Shown here piece by piece: positions 24,843-38,609 of a stretch of 64,000 nt of DNA. The notes below the pieces were generated by a model. That model saw nothing but the letters and a program-made list of their open reading frames with translations. It searched no databases and was not told where the DNA came from. The position numbers were made by a program, and so were the translations under genes. Numbering within the stretch: position 1 is the stretch's first letter; each line of letters opens with the position of its first letter. Source of the stretch: Octopus sinensis (Eukaryota); the NCBI RefSeq assembly GCF_006345805.1, contig NW_021833077.1, positions 20,737 through 84,736 of the forward strand, in the 5' to 3' direction.

Positions 24843-24880
<38 letters not shown>

Positions 24881-25329
24881 TATATATATTCATTTATGTA
24901 TGTGTATATTCGTATGTATGCATGTAAGCTTGAGTGTAAGTACGTGTGTGTGTATACATATATAATATATGCGTTTGTACATACATACATATATATATAT
25001 ATACATGTATATACATATAAACATATACATGTGTTAGTTTCCTAGATGTTTTTGTTGTGTGTTTGTTTATGTATGTGTGTATGCGTGTGCCGCGTGGGTA
25101 TATATATGCGTGTATGTATGTGTATGCGTATGTCTGTCTGTGTGTGTATGTGAAACAGCAGGTATGCAAGACACTAGCATATGTAAATATCTCTGAGCAC
25201 AAAAATGCAGAGCCACATCGAATAACTGAGATAACCTCACAGTACAGAAGGTAAGTGTTTTCAACATGCCGAACGACAAAATAATCTAGCAGCGCTGTTT
25301 CATCTGTTGTTCTTGTTGTTCTTTGATTA

Positions 25330-26110
25330 GTTGTTGGTAGTAGCGGCGGCGGCGGCGGCTGTGGTGGTGGTGGTGGTGGTGGTGGTGGTGGTGGTGCTGA
25401 TGGTGATGGTGAGGTGGCCGCTGCTGTTGCGGGTCATAGTGATTGGTGAAAATTAATGTGACGACGATTATTATGATTGTGATGATCGTGGATGTGATAA
25501 TGATGAGTCGTCATTAAATGAAAAAGGAACAAAACAAGAAGTTGATGGATGATGGTGAAGAGGAGAGGGAGGAGGAGGAAGGGAGGATGAGAAGAATGAG
25601 AAGAAGAATGAAGAGGAGGGGAAGGAGAAAGAGAAATGGAGAGGAGGAGAAAAAGAAGAAGAAGAAGAATTAGAAGGAGCAGGAGCATGAGGAGGTAGAG
25701 GAGAAGAATGAGAGGGGGAGCAGAAGAAGGGGAGGAGGAGCAGGAGGAGCAGGAGCAGAAGTGTGAGCGGTAGGAGGTAAAGGAGAAGGAGAAGGTGAAG
25801 GAAGAGAGGTAGAAGAAGAAGAAGAAGAAGAAGAAGAAGAAGAAGAAGAAGACACGACGACAAGACAGGTAAAATAAGGTGGAATGGAATGGTGAAGTTG
25901 ATGATGATGGTAACGATGAGGATGTCGACGAAGACGACGATGATGACGGTGATGAGAATGATGATGGAGGTGATGACGATAATGATGACAGTGGTGGTAG
26001 TGGTGGTAGTGGTGGTAGTAGTTGTGGTGGGGAGTGTGGTGGGGAGTGTGGTGGGGAGTGTGGTGGGGGTGGTGGTAGTGGTGTTAGCGTATGTGTTGAT
26101 GATAATCATG
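25330..26110. repeat. Compound purine-rich triplet low-complexity region (GGT, GAT, GAG, GAA)
   Basis: Direct reading. Confidence 0.9.
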
Positions 26111-26216
26111 ATAATGACTCCGATACTTGAATTCTATCTTATCTGAAGTGGATGCTGTCTCTATATTTTCTGCGCAGAGAAAAGCAACGCTTGATGAATG
26201 ATGGATACTTCACAGC

Positions 26217-26248
<32 letters not shown>

Positions 26249-26266
26249 TGTATGTATGTATGTATG

Positions 26267-26297
<31 letters not shown>

Positions 26298-26398
26298 GTA
26301 TGTATGTATGTATGTATTTATGTATTCATGTATGTATATATGTATATATACATATCTATATTCTATATCTATATCTGTATCATATATATATATATGTG

Positions 26399-26459
<61 letters not shown>

Positions 26460-26504
26460 CATACATATGTATACGTATATATATCTAATTATATATATAT
26501 ATAT

Positions 26505-27147
26505 GTAATAATGAAGGGTGAAATTAATTAATTTGGAATAATTATCAATTACACCAAGTAGTCTTCGGCATGTAGATGACCACAGCATTTTGTTTTGGCT
26601 ACACGCGGGTGGGAAGGGGCTGGTGACACAATCTTTTCATTCAAACACTGAATTTGGTGATACTAGTTGCGGATTCTAGCTCGCTCTGATACTGAGTTGA
26701 GTTGGTGCCTTCTAGTATCTCAAAATTCAATATATAATCATTTATGATTATAGTATTCTACGCTGAAAAGAAAAGAAGTTTTGGTGAGATAGAATTATTT
26801 AATATTTAATATTAAATTCTTATGCTTTCCTAAAAACTTGATTTCGAAACGTACGTCCGTAGATAACTTAAAATTGTATGATAGATTGCCGTCAATTCAT
26901 TCTCTCTTACCTGTTTGTGTCTACCTTCCAATTGCTGTTTTTACTGAGATCTCCCTTTTTAGTAGAAGAAATAGCTATAACTCTTTGACTGCTATTTCTA
27001 AATTCGGTATGTGGTAAGGCATTCGTTGCTAAACCCTTTATTGCTTAGTATTACTTAAATTTTCCTCGAATGAGGCTTTTACATGCCGAAGACTACTTGG
27101 TGTAATTGATAATTATTCCAATTATTAATTTCACCCTTCATTATTAC
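26505..27147. mobile_element. TIR element with ~68-bp inverted repeats related to those at 99-410
   Basis: 26505-26574 is the reverse complement of 27080-27147. Confidence 0.8.
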
Positions 27148-27168
27148 GGATAACCATATTTTATCTCA

Positions 27169-27637
27169 GTAGATGACCACAGCATCTTGTTTTGGCTACA
27201 CGCGGGTGGGAAGGGGCTGGTGACACAATCTTTTCATTCACACATTGAATTTGGTGATACTAGTTGCGGATTCTAGCTCGCTCTGATACTGAGTTGAGTT
27301 GGTGCCTTCTAGTATCTCAAAATTCAATATATAATCATTTATGATTATAGTATTCTACGCTAAGAGAAAAGAAGTTTTGGTGAGATAGAATTATTTAATA
27401 TTTAATTCTTATGCTTTCCTAAAAACTTGATTTCGAAACGTACGTCCGTAGATAACTTAAAATTGTATGATAGATTGCCGTCAATTCATTCTCTCTTACC
27501 TGTTTGTGTCTGCCTTCCAATTGCTGTTTTTACTGAGATCTCCCTTTTTAGTAGAAGAAATAGCTATAACTCTTTGACTGCTATTTCTAAATTCGGTATG
27601 TGGTAAGGCAATTCGTTGCTAAACCCTTTATTGCTTA
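27169..27637 (+). repeat. Direct duplicate of the interior of the 26505-27147 element
   Basis: Near-identical to 26572-27047. Confidence 0.9.
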
Positions 27638-27719
27638 TATATATATATGTATATATATATATATACATATGTATACGTATATATATATATATATATATAG
27701 TATATATATATATTAATAT

Positions 27720-27750
<31 letters not shown>

Positions 27751-27844
27751 ATATAAGATGTGTTGTATGTATATATATATATAATATATATATACATACA
27801 TACACATGCTTATGTGTATATATATATACATATATATTATGTGT

Positions 27845-27893
<49 letters not shown>

Positions 27894-28247
27894 ATAATTA
27901 TGAGAAATATCTCAAAAGGATATCCTTTAATATAGCGCAACACATTAGCGCTCTGAAGGAGCAATAAGTAGCAGTGAGAATATGTCCTCACTAAAGATTC
28001 ATCCTAATTTATTGTTACACTACCGCTCCTTGGATTTTTACCTTCCAGCCTTGTCATCGATTCTTAAAATTTGACTGCCTAACACCGAACGTTTTAATGC
28101 CGATACATTCATGTATTATACACTTTCATGTTTTATGTATTTGTACTTGAATTGGTACTGTATATGAATATGTCTATGATCCAGAATGATTTATTTTGAT
28201 AAAGAGAGTTGACCTTTGAAATGTGTTTTCTGTTCTTTTGTGTGTAC

Positions 28248-28303
<56 letters not shown>

Positions 28304-29394
28304 ATGCATGTTTTTAATATTACTACTCAATACACTCGCACGGATATATAAATGTGTGATTGAAATGTAGAATAAGAGAGAAAGAGGAGAGAGAGAGAGA
28401 GAGAGATAAATGCCTATAGACTAGTCATGCGCTGGTAATAACTGAGTTTCATGACTAAATCCGTCCATTCGACGGTAATGACATATTTTATTCAACCAGA
28501 ACGCGGCTGTTGGTTAATATCACTGAACGATATAAAGGGTATAATTATCAGTTTTGCGGGTTTAGTTCTCTCTCATTTCTTACCTAAACTTTCATAAATT
28601 CAATTCCCACGTTTAAATATAAACAAATATATATGCCACTTATGTAAATACAACTGAATCTGCGTATGGATTTGTAAGCATTTAATACATTTCACATTTC
28701 TCTATGTGTGTCCTGTGTATGTGAAATTTATGATTCATTAATGGCAGACAACTAAATACTAAAGACATTATTATAATCGCTCATGTTCTGCCCACAAATA
28801 TTACATTACTTTTGGTAGTTATGTATAACAGTAGAACTTTATACGTTAAGTTAAAACTATTTCATGTAAATTTGTTCTCCCCACATAATAGTTGAAGAAT
28901 ATGATGAGGTTCTGACTGTCAAATAAATTCTCTCCTTAAAACGTTCAACCGCATTCCCCATAGAATTTTTTTCGCAAGAGTCACAATACCTCATTAAAGT
29001 AAACCTGTCTTTTGATCCTCAAACCGGATCCGTCTCGTAATATAACTTATTTAATATAAACCGACAAATCAACAGTACAAGGACACTGGACCACTTCCTA
29101 TCAGACGGTTTCGTTACTTTATGCACATATTCGAAAAATGTGGTTGTTGGTTAGTTTAACAGAGGCTCTTGGGTCGATGAAAGCACGACCAGAGGATCAA
29201 ACTCAACGATGAAATAAGGGGAATACAAACTCAAACTTAATCAAATACGAAAATTAATATAACGACCTTAACTGAAATAAAAACAATTTGAGTACAACGA
29301 ATATATCTTACATATATCATACAATAATGTATTAAACTAATAAAGAAAAGACCAAAAGGAAGAGCAGAATACAGAGAAAGAGAGAGAGATTGGG

Positions 29395-29436
<42 letters not shown>

Positions 29437-29465
29437 GATAGATAATAGAGATAGATAGATAATAG

Positions 29466-29505
<40 letters not shown>

Positions 29506-29564
29506 TATATATATATAATATATATATATATAGATTAGATAGATAGATAGATAGATAGATATAG

Positions 29565-29603
<39 letters not shown>

Positions 29604-29631
29604 TAATATATATAATATATATATATATAAT

Positions 29632-29705
<74 letters not shown>
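29395..29705. repeat. (GATA)n/(TA)n compound microsatellite
   Basis: Direct reading. Confidence 0.95.
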
Positions 29706-29706
<1 letters not shown>

Positions 29707-29759
29707 GGGAGACAGAGAGAACGACAGACAAGTATTAATTAGAAACTTAAGAACAAAAC

Positions 29760-31600
29760 AAAGCGCCTGAAGCCAGAGATCATCGTGATAAATTGAGAAT
29801 AATTGTTTGGTGTGACAAGCAACAAGAATTTCTTGAACAAAGCAGTCTGACCACAACCTCAAACGACTTTGTTATAACCTAGGAAAAAATAAAACAGAAA
29901 TTAATGTAAATTCAACTGCAAAAGAACTAAAACAATTTTGGAGAGGAGTGTGAACAGCAAAGGTATAAAATATAGCAAGATTGTTCTCAACAACGATCAC
30001 TGTCTGGAATGATTGTGGAATATCATTAAAAAAAACTGGAAGGCAGCAGGAAATGAGAAATTCCTAACCTGATTAATCACAGGAATACATAGGGATCTAT
30101 GTTATTTAGTAAGACAGAAATTTAATAAAGCACTGAAGAAGCTAGGGACAATCCTTGAAGAGGAAAACATTTTAATTTTACCCAATTAATAATCACCCGT
30201 AAAACTACAGACCCAACACTTTGCAATGTCGTTGATTTTAATAATATTGCAAAGGTTAAACGTACATATATTTTCAAGAGAGAAAAAAAGATACTGCAAA
30301 TGTTCATTTGGTTATAGAGTACATTTACTGATTGGTAGAGAATATATAGGTTTCGTAAATGGCATAGATTGGCTGCTAGAATATTTCCCTCTGTGTCCAC
30401 ATGTAGATCATAGCAAGGGTTCTCTTCAGAAATGCATATAATGAGATATATGAAGCAAGTTATGAGTAATTGGCAAACGTTCTTTAGATACAGTTAAATG
30501 TGGAAATTATGAAACTAACCTCAATTTTTATCATAAGAAAATTATCGCAAACAGGTTCCCCATGCCTTTTCTATCCACTCATTTTCTGTCTGCCGTTAAC
30601 ACCTTTGATCGATATGTTTAATCAAACTGCATCCAGATAGAAATGCAATGAGGGAACAATAAAATATGTTTTTAAAAAACAAAACGACCTGAAATTCAAA
30701 TCTGCATATGATAAATATCTAGAGACACTGCTACTGACAATGCACGGATTTAGCAGAAGAATTGGTTTAATATTCGCCCAAGTCAGTCAACCTTGAAACG
30801 AAAAAAAGATTAATTTAAAATTGATCAAGTGCAGGAAACAAATACCTAGGAAGTACTAAGCCACAGTACAACACAGTAAATAAATAATTAAAGCAGAGTT
30901 AAATGACAAAAACAGGCAACATCCATAAATGCTCTATGCGTTCCAGCAACACATTTTTAGCTATATTTTCTCAATTTTTCGCTCCATGAATTAACAAAAC
31001 AAACGAAAAATAATGATTACAGTTAGAATACATTACAAAACATCTAGTACAGGCATGTTATATTTAGTGCAAATATAGAAAGGAAGTAGACTAATGCAAG
31101 TAGGAAGCTATAATAAATTATCACTAGATGACTAAAATAATCTTTTAAAGAACAATGGGAAAATATGTACAATTGTCTTAATGAAAACAAAATAGATTGT
31201 TTTCTAACGTTAAGGAAGTCGGCAAATTCTAAACAGCGGCTGAAATGACAGACAGCTGTAGGGAGAAAGGAGAAACAGCACAATGAGATAAGTTAATAAT
31301 GTGGACTGCAAAACCTATTGCTACCCTGCAGTAAAAAAAAAAGCCTCTATACGGCAAATACCTGAATAAACTAAATATGGTGCGAATAAACAAAGGCAAA
31401 CTTAGCGATAAGGTTCAATGCTGACGTTGAATGACCTTTAATTACTGTACAGAATTTATGCCTTCCCACAAGAGACTTCAAATACAATAGATATGAATAA
31501 ATTACACAACGACAGTGTATGTAGGTGGAAGCTGAAAAGACATATAAAACTTGTCATCCTTGTCTGTCTAGTCTTAGCCAAGAGAGAATTCATTCAGTAG
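29760..31600 (+). mobile_element. Highly decayed R4/Dong-like LINE including RT core
   Basis: ~30570-30780 translates as PLIFCLPLTPLIDMFNQT...NDLKF...LETLLLTMHGFSRRIGLIFAQ (cf. SPLLFCLALNPL...MDDLKL...FS.DIGM.FG). Also LKQFWRGV at ~29930 and YLG at ~30843. Boundaries approximate. Confidence 0.6.
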
Positions 31601-31708
31601 TGTGATGGAGTTGGGACACTTAAACACAGGAGTATGTGTCGGCATTATGAAATGTCAACAGAAAAGACATGGTGTAAATACACAGAAAAGAAAAAGATCT
31701 GAAAGAAT

Positions 31709-31869
31709 GGCGCAGGAGTGGCTGTGTGGTAAGTAGCTTGCTTACCAACCACATGGTTCCGGGCTCAGTCACACTGCGTGGTACCTTCAGCAAATGTCTT
31801 CTACTATAGCCTCGGGCCGACCAAAGCCTTGTGTGTTGATTTGGTAGAAGGAAACTGAAAGAAGCCCGT

Positions 31870-31930
<61 letters not shown>

Positions 31931-32135
31931 GTGTATGTGTGTGTATATGTTTGTGTGTCTGTGTTTGTCCCCTAACATCGCTTGACAACCGATGCTGGTG
32001 TGTTTACGTCCCCGACACCTACTGGTTCGGCAAAAGAGACCGATAGAACAAGTACTAGGCTTGGGGTCGATTTGCTCGACTAAAAGGCGGTGCGCCAACA
32101 TGACCGCAGTCAAATGACTGAAACAAGTAAAAGAG
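31709..32135 (+). mobile_element. SINE family A inserted in a duplicated ~270-bp segment
   Basis: Full A structure. The flanks match the uninterrupted copy at 33527-33795. Confidence 0.9.
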
Positions 32136-32595
32136 GAAAAGTGTAAGTAACCATATTCGTGTGTATTCTTGTTCTCTTAAATAGATTGAAGAAATTAATT
32201 TTTTCTTATATTATTTTGAAAGACTTCTGGAAAAGAAGTGTCTTCTAATCAAAGTATCAGTTCTAACGGGGAATAGTTTATCAATAAATGAAACAGTTTT
32301 ATATATGATAAAGAAATACAGAAATTTCCCAAATTTAAGGTCCTGGATATAAAAATAAGTTGAATGTGTGGGATAATGAAAACAAAAAGAACTCTCGCAT
32401 TATCTGCCGGTAAAACTACTGAAAACAATAGGCAGAGAAATACATAAAAGAAACTTAAGATTTACTAATGTGCATAGCATGCAGAAAAAATATCAATTCT
32501 TTCATGCAAATTATATTGGGAAACTGTTCTCAATACATCTGAAAATACAAACGTAAAAGAAATTTGTAAAAAAAAGAAAAACGCTAGAAACAAAC

Positions 32596-32998
32596 GCGCA
32601 GGAGTGGCTGTGTGGTGAGTAGTTTGCTTACCAACCACATGATTCCGGGTTCATTCCCACTGCGTGGCACCATGGACAAGTGTCTTCTACTATAGCCTCA
32701 GGCCGACCAAAGCCTTATGAGTGGATTTGGTAGACGGAAACTGGAAGAAGCCCGTCGTATATATGTATATATGAGTGTGTATATGTTTGTGTGTCTGTGA
32801 TTGTCCCGCAACCATTGCTTGACAACCGATGCTGGTGTGTTTACCTGCCCGTAACTTAGCGGTTCAGCAAAATAGACCGATGGAATAAGTACTAGGCTTA
32901 CAAAGAATAAGTCCTGGGGGCGATTTACTCGACTAAAGGCGGTGCTCCAGCATGGCCGCAGTCAAATAGCTGAAAGAAGTAAAAGAGTAAAGAGAGTA
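32596..32998 (+). mobile_element. SINE family A
   Basis: Full head-to-tail match. Confidence 0.9.
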
Positions 32999-33526
32999 AA
33001 CCCGGCTAAAGAGAGGAGAGATGAGGACACGTTCGTAGCATTATGACAGTCCACAACACAGCGGCCCTACTCACCCTTAGATTATTCGGATCTGCCTTTG
33101 AGCATTTTCAGTTTCAACTGAACCTTATTGATTTCGAAATATTTAACATTTAAGGGCCACCTAGCATTCTACACCAACTCCCCTTCAGTCAATACAGTAT
33201 TTGTTTTATCTTCTTTTAGATTCATAAAATTAAGTAGGCTATGGTGAAGCTATAGATACAGTGTAACTTTTGGGTCCTCCAGAAGTAATAGTGCTTCCGG
33301 TCTCTAACTTGCTTTTAATGTTGACTCATACTTCATTCATCTCTTCTGAGGTCCCCCAGGTGTCTTTGTATTTTATTCCATCGGCTCCCTTATAAGATAA
33401 GGATGATATGATTCTGTCTCTTTTTCCACTCCAGCTGTTCTCTGTTCTGCGGTTTGTATTTTTATGGAAGTATTGAAATTCGTTGCAGCAGCAGTAGTTA
33501 CAACAACCTCGGTTTCCCCTTTTCGT

Positions 33527-33795
33527 CAACAGAAAAGACATGATGTAAACACACAGAAAAAAAAAAAGATCTAAAAGCATGACGAAGTAACCATATTCGT
33601 GTGTATTCTTGTCCTCTTAAATAGAGTGAAGAAATTAACTTTTTCTCATTGTTTTGAAAGACCTTTGGAAAAGAAGTGTCTTCTAGTCAAAGTATCAGTT
33701 CTAAAGGGGAATAGTTTATCAATAAATGAAACAGTTTTATATGTGATAAATAAATACAGAAATTTCCCAAATTTAAGGACCTAGATATAGAAAAT
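33527..33795 (+). repeat. Uninterrupted paralogue of 31656-31708 + 32145-32355
   Basis: CAACAGAAAAGACATG...AAGTAACCATATTCGTGTGTATTCTTG...CCCAAATTTAAGG is shared. Confidence 0.9.
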
Positions 33796-34157
33796 GATAC
33801 TGGCAACAGCTACCTCATTTTCACACATTTAATTGGACTTAACCACTCTACGAATTGTAAGTGCGACCACCATTCTGATTGATCTCGTCTCTGCTTCTAC
33901 AATACTGTACCACTCCAGGATATGTTTGTGGCCTTTGTGAGATATCAAACCTGGATGTCACTGCAAACCCTACCCATTCACATTGTTGCTTGCTACATCA
34001 TCATCATGTACGGAGATGCAGATGTGACAATGTATAAAGGGAACTACATCAGCATAAATACCTCTGACATTTGTTTTATTCTCATGAGGCACCACCCTGC
34101 CGGAAAATATGCAATAGGAGTAATACCTCTCTTTTTACCTCATCCTTAGTTTTGAGT

Positions 34158-34415
34158 GTGGAGGCGCGTGGCTTAGTGGTTAGGGTGTCGGCACCATGAT
34201 CGTAAGATTATGGCTTCGATTCCTGGACCGGGTGATGCGTTGTGTTCTTGAGCAAAATACTTCATTTCACGTTGCTCCAGTCCACTCAGCTGGCAAAAAT
34301 GAGTAACGCTGCGATGGACTGGTGTCTCGTCCAGCTGGGTAACACATACGCCATAGATACCAGGAAACCGGGCCCATGAGCCTGGCTAGGCTTTAAAAGG
34401 GCGCATTTATTTATT
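34158..34415 (+). mobile_element. SINE family C monomer with 11-bp TSD
   Basis: A box TGGCTTAGTGG, B box-like TTCGATTCC, (TTTA) tail. TTAGTTTTGAG at 34146-34156 and 34416-34426. Confidence 0.92.
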
Positions 34416-34579
34416 TTAGTTTTGAGGAAGTGATTTATGATTCCATGCACTCCGCTCCCATCCAAGGATCACACATCGGTCACTGCTTCCTCCAACTTTA
34501 CTTTTAAGGATATACGGAAATGCCATTCAGGTTCTTTTCCGAAAACCAGAGATGTGCTTTGTTTTAAACTTAGGAGGGC

Positions 34580-34960
34580 GTTATAGACCCCGAAAAGATG
34601 AAAGACAAGGTCAACCTAAGCGGATTTTGAACTCAGAGCACTTCCAGTCAGAATACATACACGAAGCATCCTGTCGGACACTACCTATTTCTTTACTACC
34701 CACAAGGGGCTAAACACAGAGGGGACAAACAAGGACAGACAAAGGGATTAAGTCGATTGCATCGACCCCAGTGCGTAACTGGCACTTAATGTATCGACCC
34801 CGAAAGGATGAAAGGCAAAGTCGACCTCGGCGGAATTTGAACTCAGAATGTAACGGCAGACGAAATGCGGCTACGTATTTCGCCCGGCGTGCTAACGTTT
34901 CTGCCAGCTCGCCGCCTTCCTGTCGGATACTACCTGACAACTCTGCCAATTCGCCACCTG
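34580..34960 (-). mobile_element. Young family B monomer (34687-34917) nested in an older B-like copy
   Basis: TSD TCCTGTCGGA(C/T)ACTACCT at 34669-34686 and 34918-34935. Old-copy core lies to the left and old-copy head (CTGCCAATTCGCCACC) to the right. Confidence 0.85.
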
Positions 34961-35639
34961 CTATTTTCCGTGGCATTTTTTCGGTGAAATTTCTCGGGCA
35001 TCAGGTGCTCTGTTTGTAACACACAAACAAATGTTCGTTTACTCAGAGTTGACTCATGCCTAGCACCTCTTTTGGCACGTAATAATCCATCAAAAGATGA
35101 CTTAGTGTTGTTATTTTTGCTACTTTCGTTATTGTCCTTTCAGCTGACACCTTCCTCTCTTTTGCATTTTCATATTTTTGACAATGTTATTTTAAATATC
35201 AGAGCTTGAAACAGTTTCTGTTACTTTAATTGTCATGTTTTCTGGGTTTCCTTTTGAAATTCTCCCTTAATGTTTGCAAACATCTTACGAAATACTGACT
35301 GCTACCATTATTGTGGTTAAACCTTTTCCTCGCTGTCAGAGAGACAGTAATTTGAAGAGAGATATAAAAAGTAAATAAGGATGTTTGCAGAAATAAGTGT
35401 ACAAAATTTAAATGTCAAAGGAAATATAAGGAAAATTACTCCAAACACGCATCCACACTCATACATCAGAAAAACGGATCGAAATTCAAATATCCTTAAA
35501 AGCATTTTTGTCATATGAAAGTTGAAACAGGGCAAAAGTCTTATTTCTATTATTAGCACCTGTTTTAAAAATTACTCTATCATATGAGCTCTGAGGTTGA
35601 TGCCCATTTACATTAACAACAACAACAACAAAAGCAACA

Positions 35640-35813
35640 GCAACAACATTGAGTACGATTTCAAATTTTGGCACGGGAAGACCAACTTCCAGGAAAAGGG
35701 AATCAATATCATCGACCCCAGAGCTCAACTGATACATGTTTTTTTTATCGAAAGGTAGTCGAAATTTTAACTCAGAAAGTAAAGACGGAGGAAATGCCAC
35801 AAAGCATATTGCC

Positions 35814-35864
<51 letters not shown>

Positions 35865-36400
35865 TAATAATAATAATAATAATAATAATAGAGTGCCCTG
35901 TAGAGCTGTTACAAAAATGGTTTGCCTCCGTGGCACAGCCACAATCAAGAAAGTACTAGTTGAAAAGAACAGAGCATGGAACCAAATGCTGTTGATAGCA
36001 AGTTCGCTAGGCAAACAAAACTCCAGGAGTTCCAACAAAATCTCATTAAAAGAAAAATCTTAATAATAATTTTTTCCCATTCTAGGCACAAGACCTGAAA
36101 TTTGGGGTCAGGAGACTAGTCGATTACATCGACCTCGTTTCTCGACTTGTACCTCTTTTATCGAACCCCAAACGATAAAAGACAAAATCTACTCCGACTG
36201 CATTTGAACTCAGAATCTAAAGGTTGACGAAAAGACGTTATGCATTTTGCCAGGCGTGCTAACGATTCTGCCGGCTCGCTGCTTTTATTTTATCAACCCC
36301 TCAAGGAAGAAAGGCAAAATTGGCCTCGACAGCGTTTGAACTCAGAACGTAAAGACCTGGAAGGATACTGCTACGAAATTTGTCCAGCATGCTGACGCCT
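35640..36400 (-). mobile_element. Cluster of old, diverged family B-like SINE fragments around a (TAA)n tract (35815-35890)
   Basis: Degenerate ATCGACCCC / TTTGAACTCAGAA motifs at ~35710-35780, 36120-36280 and 36290-36400. Confidence 0.65.
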
Positions 36401-36414
36401 TTATACACAAACTA

Positions 36415-36681
36415 GCTTGACAACCGATGCTGGTGTGTTTACGTTCCCGTAACTTAGCGGTTCGGCAAAACAAACCGATAGAATAAGTACTAAGCTTACA
36501 AAGAATAAGTCCTGGGGTCGATTTGCTCGACTAAAAGGCCGTGCTCCAGCATAGCCACAATCAAATGACTGAAACAAGTACAAGAGTACAAGAGGAGTGG
36601 CTGTGTGGTAAATAGCTTGTTTACCAACCACATGGTTGTGGGTTCAGTCCCACTGCGTGGCACCTTGGGCAAGTGTCTTCT
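36415..36681 (+). mobile_element. SINE family A in permuted order (3' half, then 5' head)
   Basis: GCTTGACAACCGATG...AAACAAGTACAAGAGTACAAG is directly followed by AGGAGTGGCTGTGTGGTAA...GGCAAGTGTCTTC. Confidence 0.85.
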
Positions 36682-36729
36682 TTTGAATGATTATTACAAG
36701 GCTCTATGGCTTTTCTTCATTGAGACTCA

Positions 36730-37027
36730 TCATGCTATCGAATCAATAAGAACAAATACGCTTGCAAAAAGATAAAAAGAAAGAAAAACTCTAAGATCAC
36801 TTACTTTGGCGTGGAAGGCAAAATTGAGAAATGTCAAGACGGAGCCAGAGAAATTACGAGATTGTGGAAGCACAGGGTGAAAATTGTTCCTGTCGCAATT
36901 GATGCACACAAAACGACACTCGAATAGCTACCCGAAGGCTACTAGAATTGCAATTCCTATTGTTTAGCTGGAGAAAAAGCGCCAGCTCGTGTTTTACTAG
37001 AATCGTAAGAAAGATATTTGAGATATG
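36730..37027 (+). mobile_element. Decayed R4/Dong endonuclease-end fragment
   Basis: EITRLWKHRVKIVPVAIDA from 36850. A long (TAA)n follows ~100 bp downstream. Confidence 0.65.
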
Positions 37028-37129
37028 AGTCGGCGAGACATGCTGTCACCAAACTTCAGGTTAATTATCTCTGCTAACTAAATTACCGTGTAATGGCAAC
37101 TGTGCAATAATAATAATAACACTAGCAGA

Positions 37130-37570
<441 letters not shown>

Positions 37571-38261
37571 ATCTTGGCACAAGTCTGGCAATAACAACAA
37601 CAATGATAACCACGACGACAACAACAACAACAACAGCGACTACAACAGCAATAGTCATAGTAATTACGATCTACACTTACGTAGACGGAAAATAACCCGA
37701 GAGTTTATTTACGAAATAAACAAAACGAGACTTTATTTTGAAATAAACGATCCGATCTAAGTACAAATGACATGTGATTATCACAAAAGCGTATTGTTAA
37801 ATAAAACAAAAATACGGAACGAAATGATCCTATTAATTACTACAGATACATATTTTTATGTCATGCACGTAATTAATACGCGTAAAATATATTGTTTAAA
37901 TAATGATCCACACGTGCGTAAACGAGAAACCTTGAGCAATTTGGAACTAGCAAAACAAAACGAAACGTACGAAAATAAACAAAACATGGAGAAAATGTCC
38001 TGGGTATGTACTGCTGATACTTAGCTTATGACTTACGAGTGATTATTGTATATAAAGTATATTGTTAAATGATTATCAACATATGCTTAGATAAGGAAAA
38101 ACCCAGCATGGGACAAGCAAAACAAAACTCAACAGACTTTTGAATACTAAGAGTAAATGACGGAAGAATTCTGGTAAATGCTGGTGATACCTATTTTATT
38201 TATATCTTACAAGTATTCTTAAATAGAAATATTACATTTCTAAATATCTCAGAGAGATATA

Positions 38262-38570
38262 GGCGCAGGAGTGGCTGTGTGGTAAGTAGCTTGCTAACCA
38301 GCCACATGGTTCCGGGTTCAGTCCCACTGCGTGGAACCTTGGGCAAGTACAAACTGAAAGAAGCCCGTCGTATATATGTATATATATATATATGTGTGTG
38401 CGTGTATGTTTGTCTTTGTTCCCCTAGCATTGCTTGACAACCGATGCTGGTGTGTTACTTAGCGGTTCGGCAAAAGAGACCGATAGAATAAGTACTGGGG
38501 TCGAGTTGCTCGATTAAAGGCGGTGCTCCAGCATGGCCGCAGTCAAATGACTGAAACAAGTAAAAGAGTA
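38262..38570 (+). mobile_element. SINE family A with internal deletions
   Basis: Head and tail present. Segments after GGCAAGT and within the 3' half are missing. Confidence 0.85.
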
Positions 38571-38609
38571 TAGCAGTAGTGGTACGATAGAGTAGTTGTA
38601 TACTGTCAG

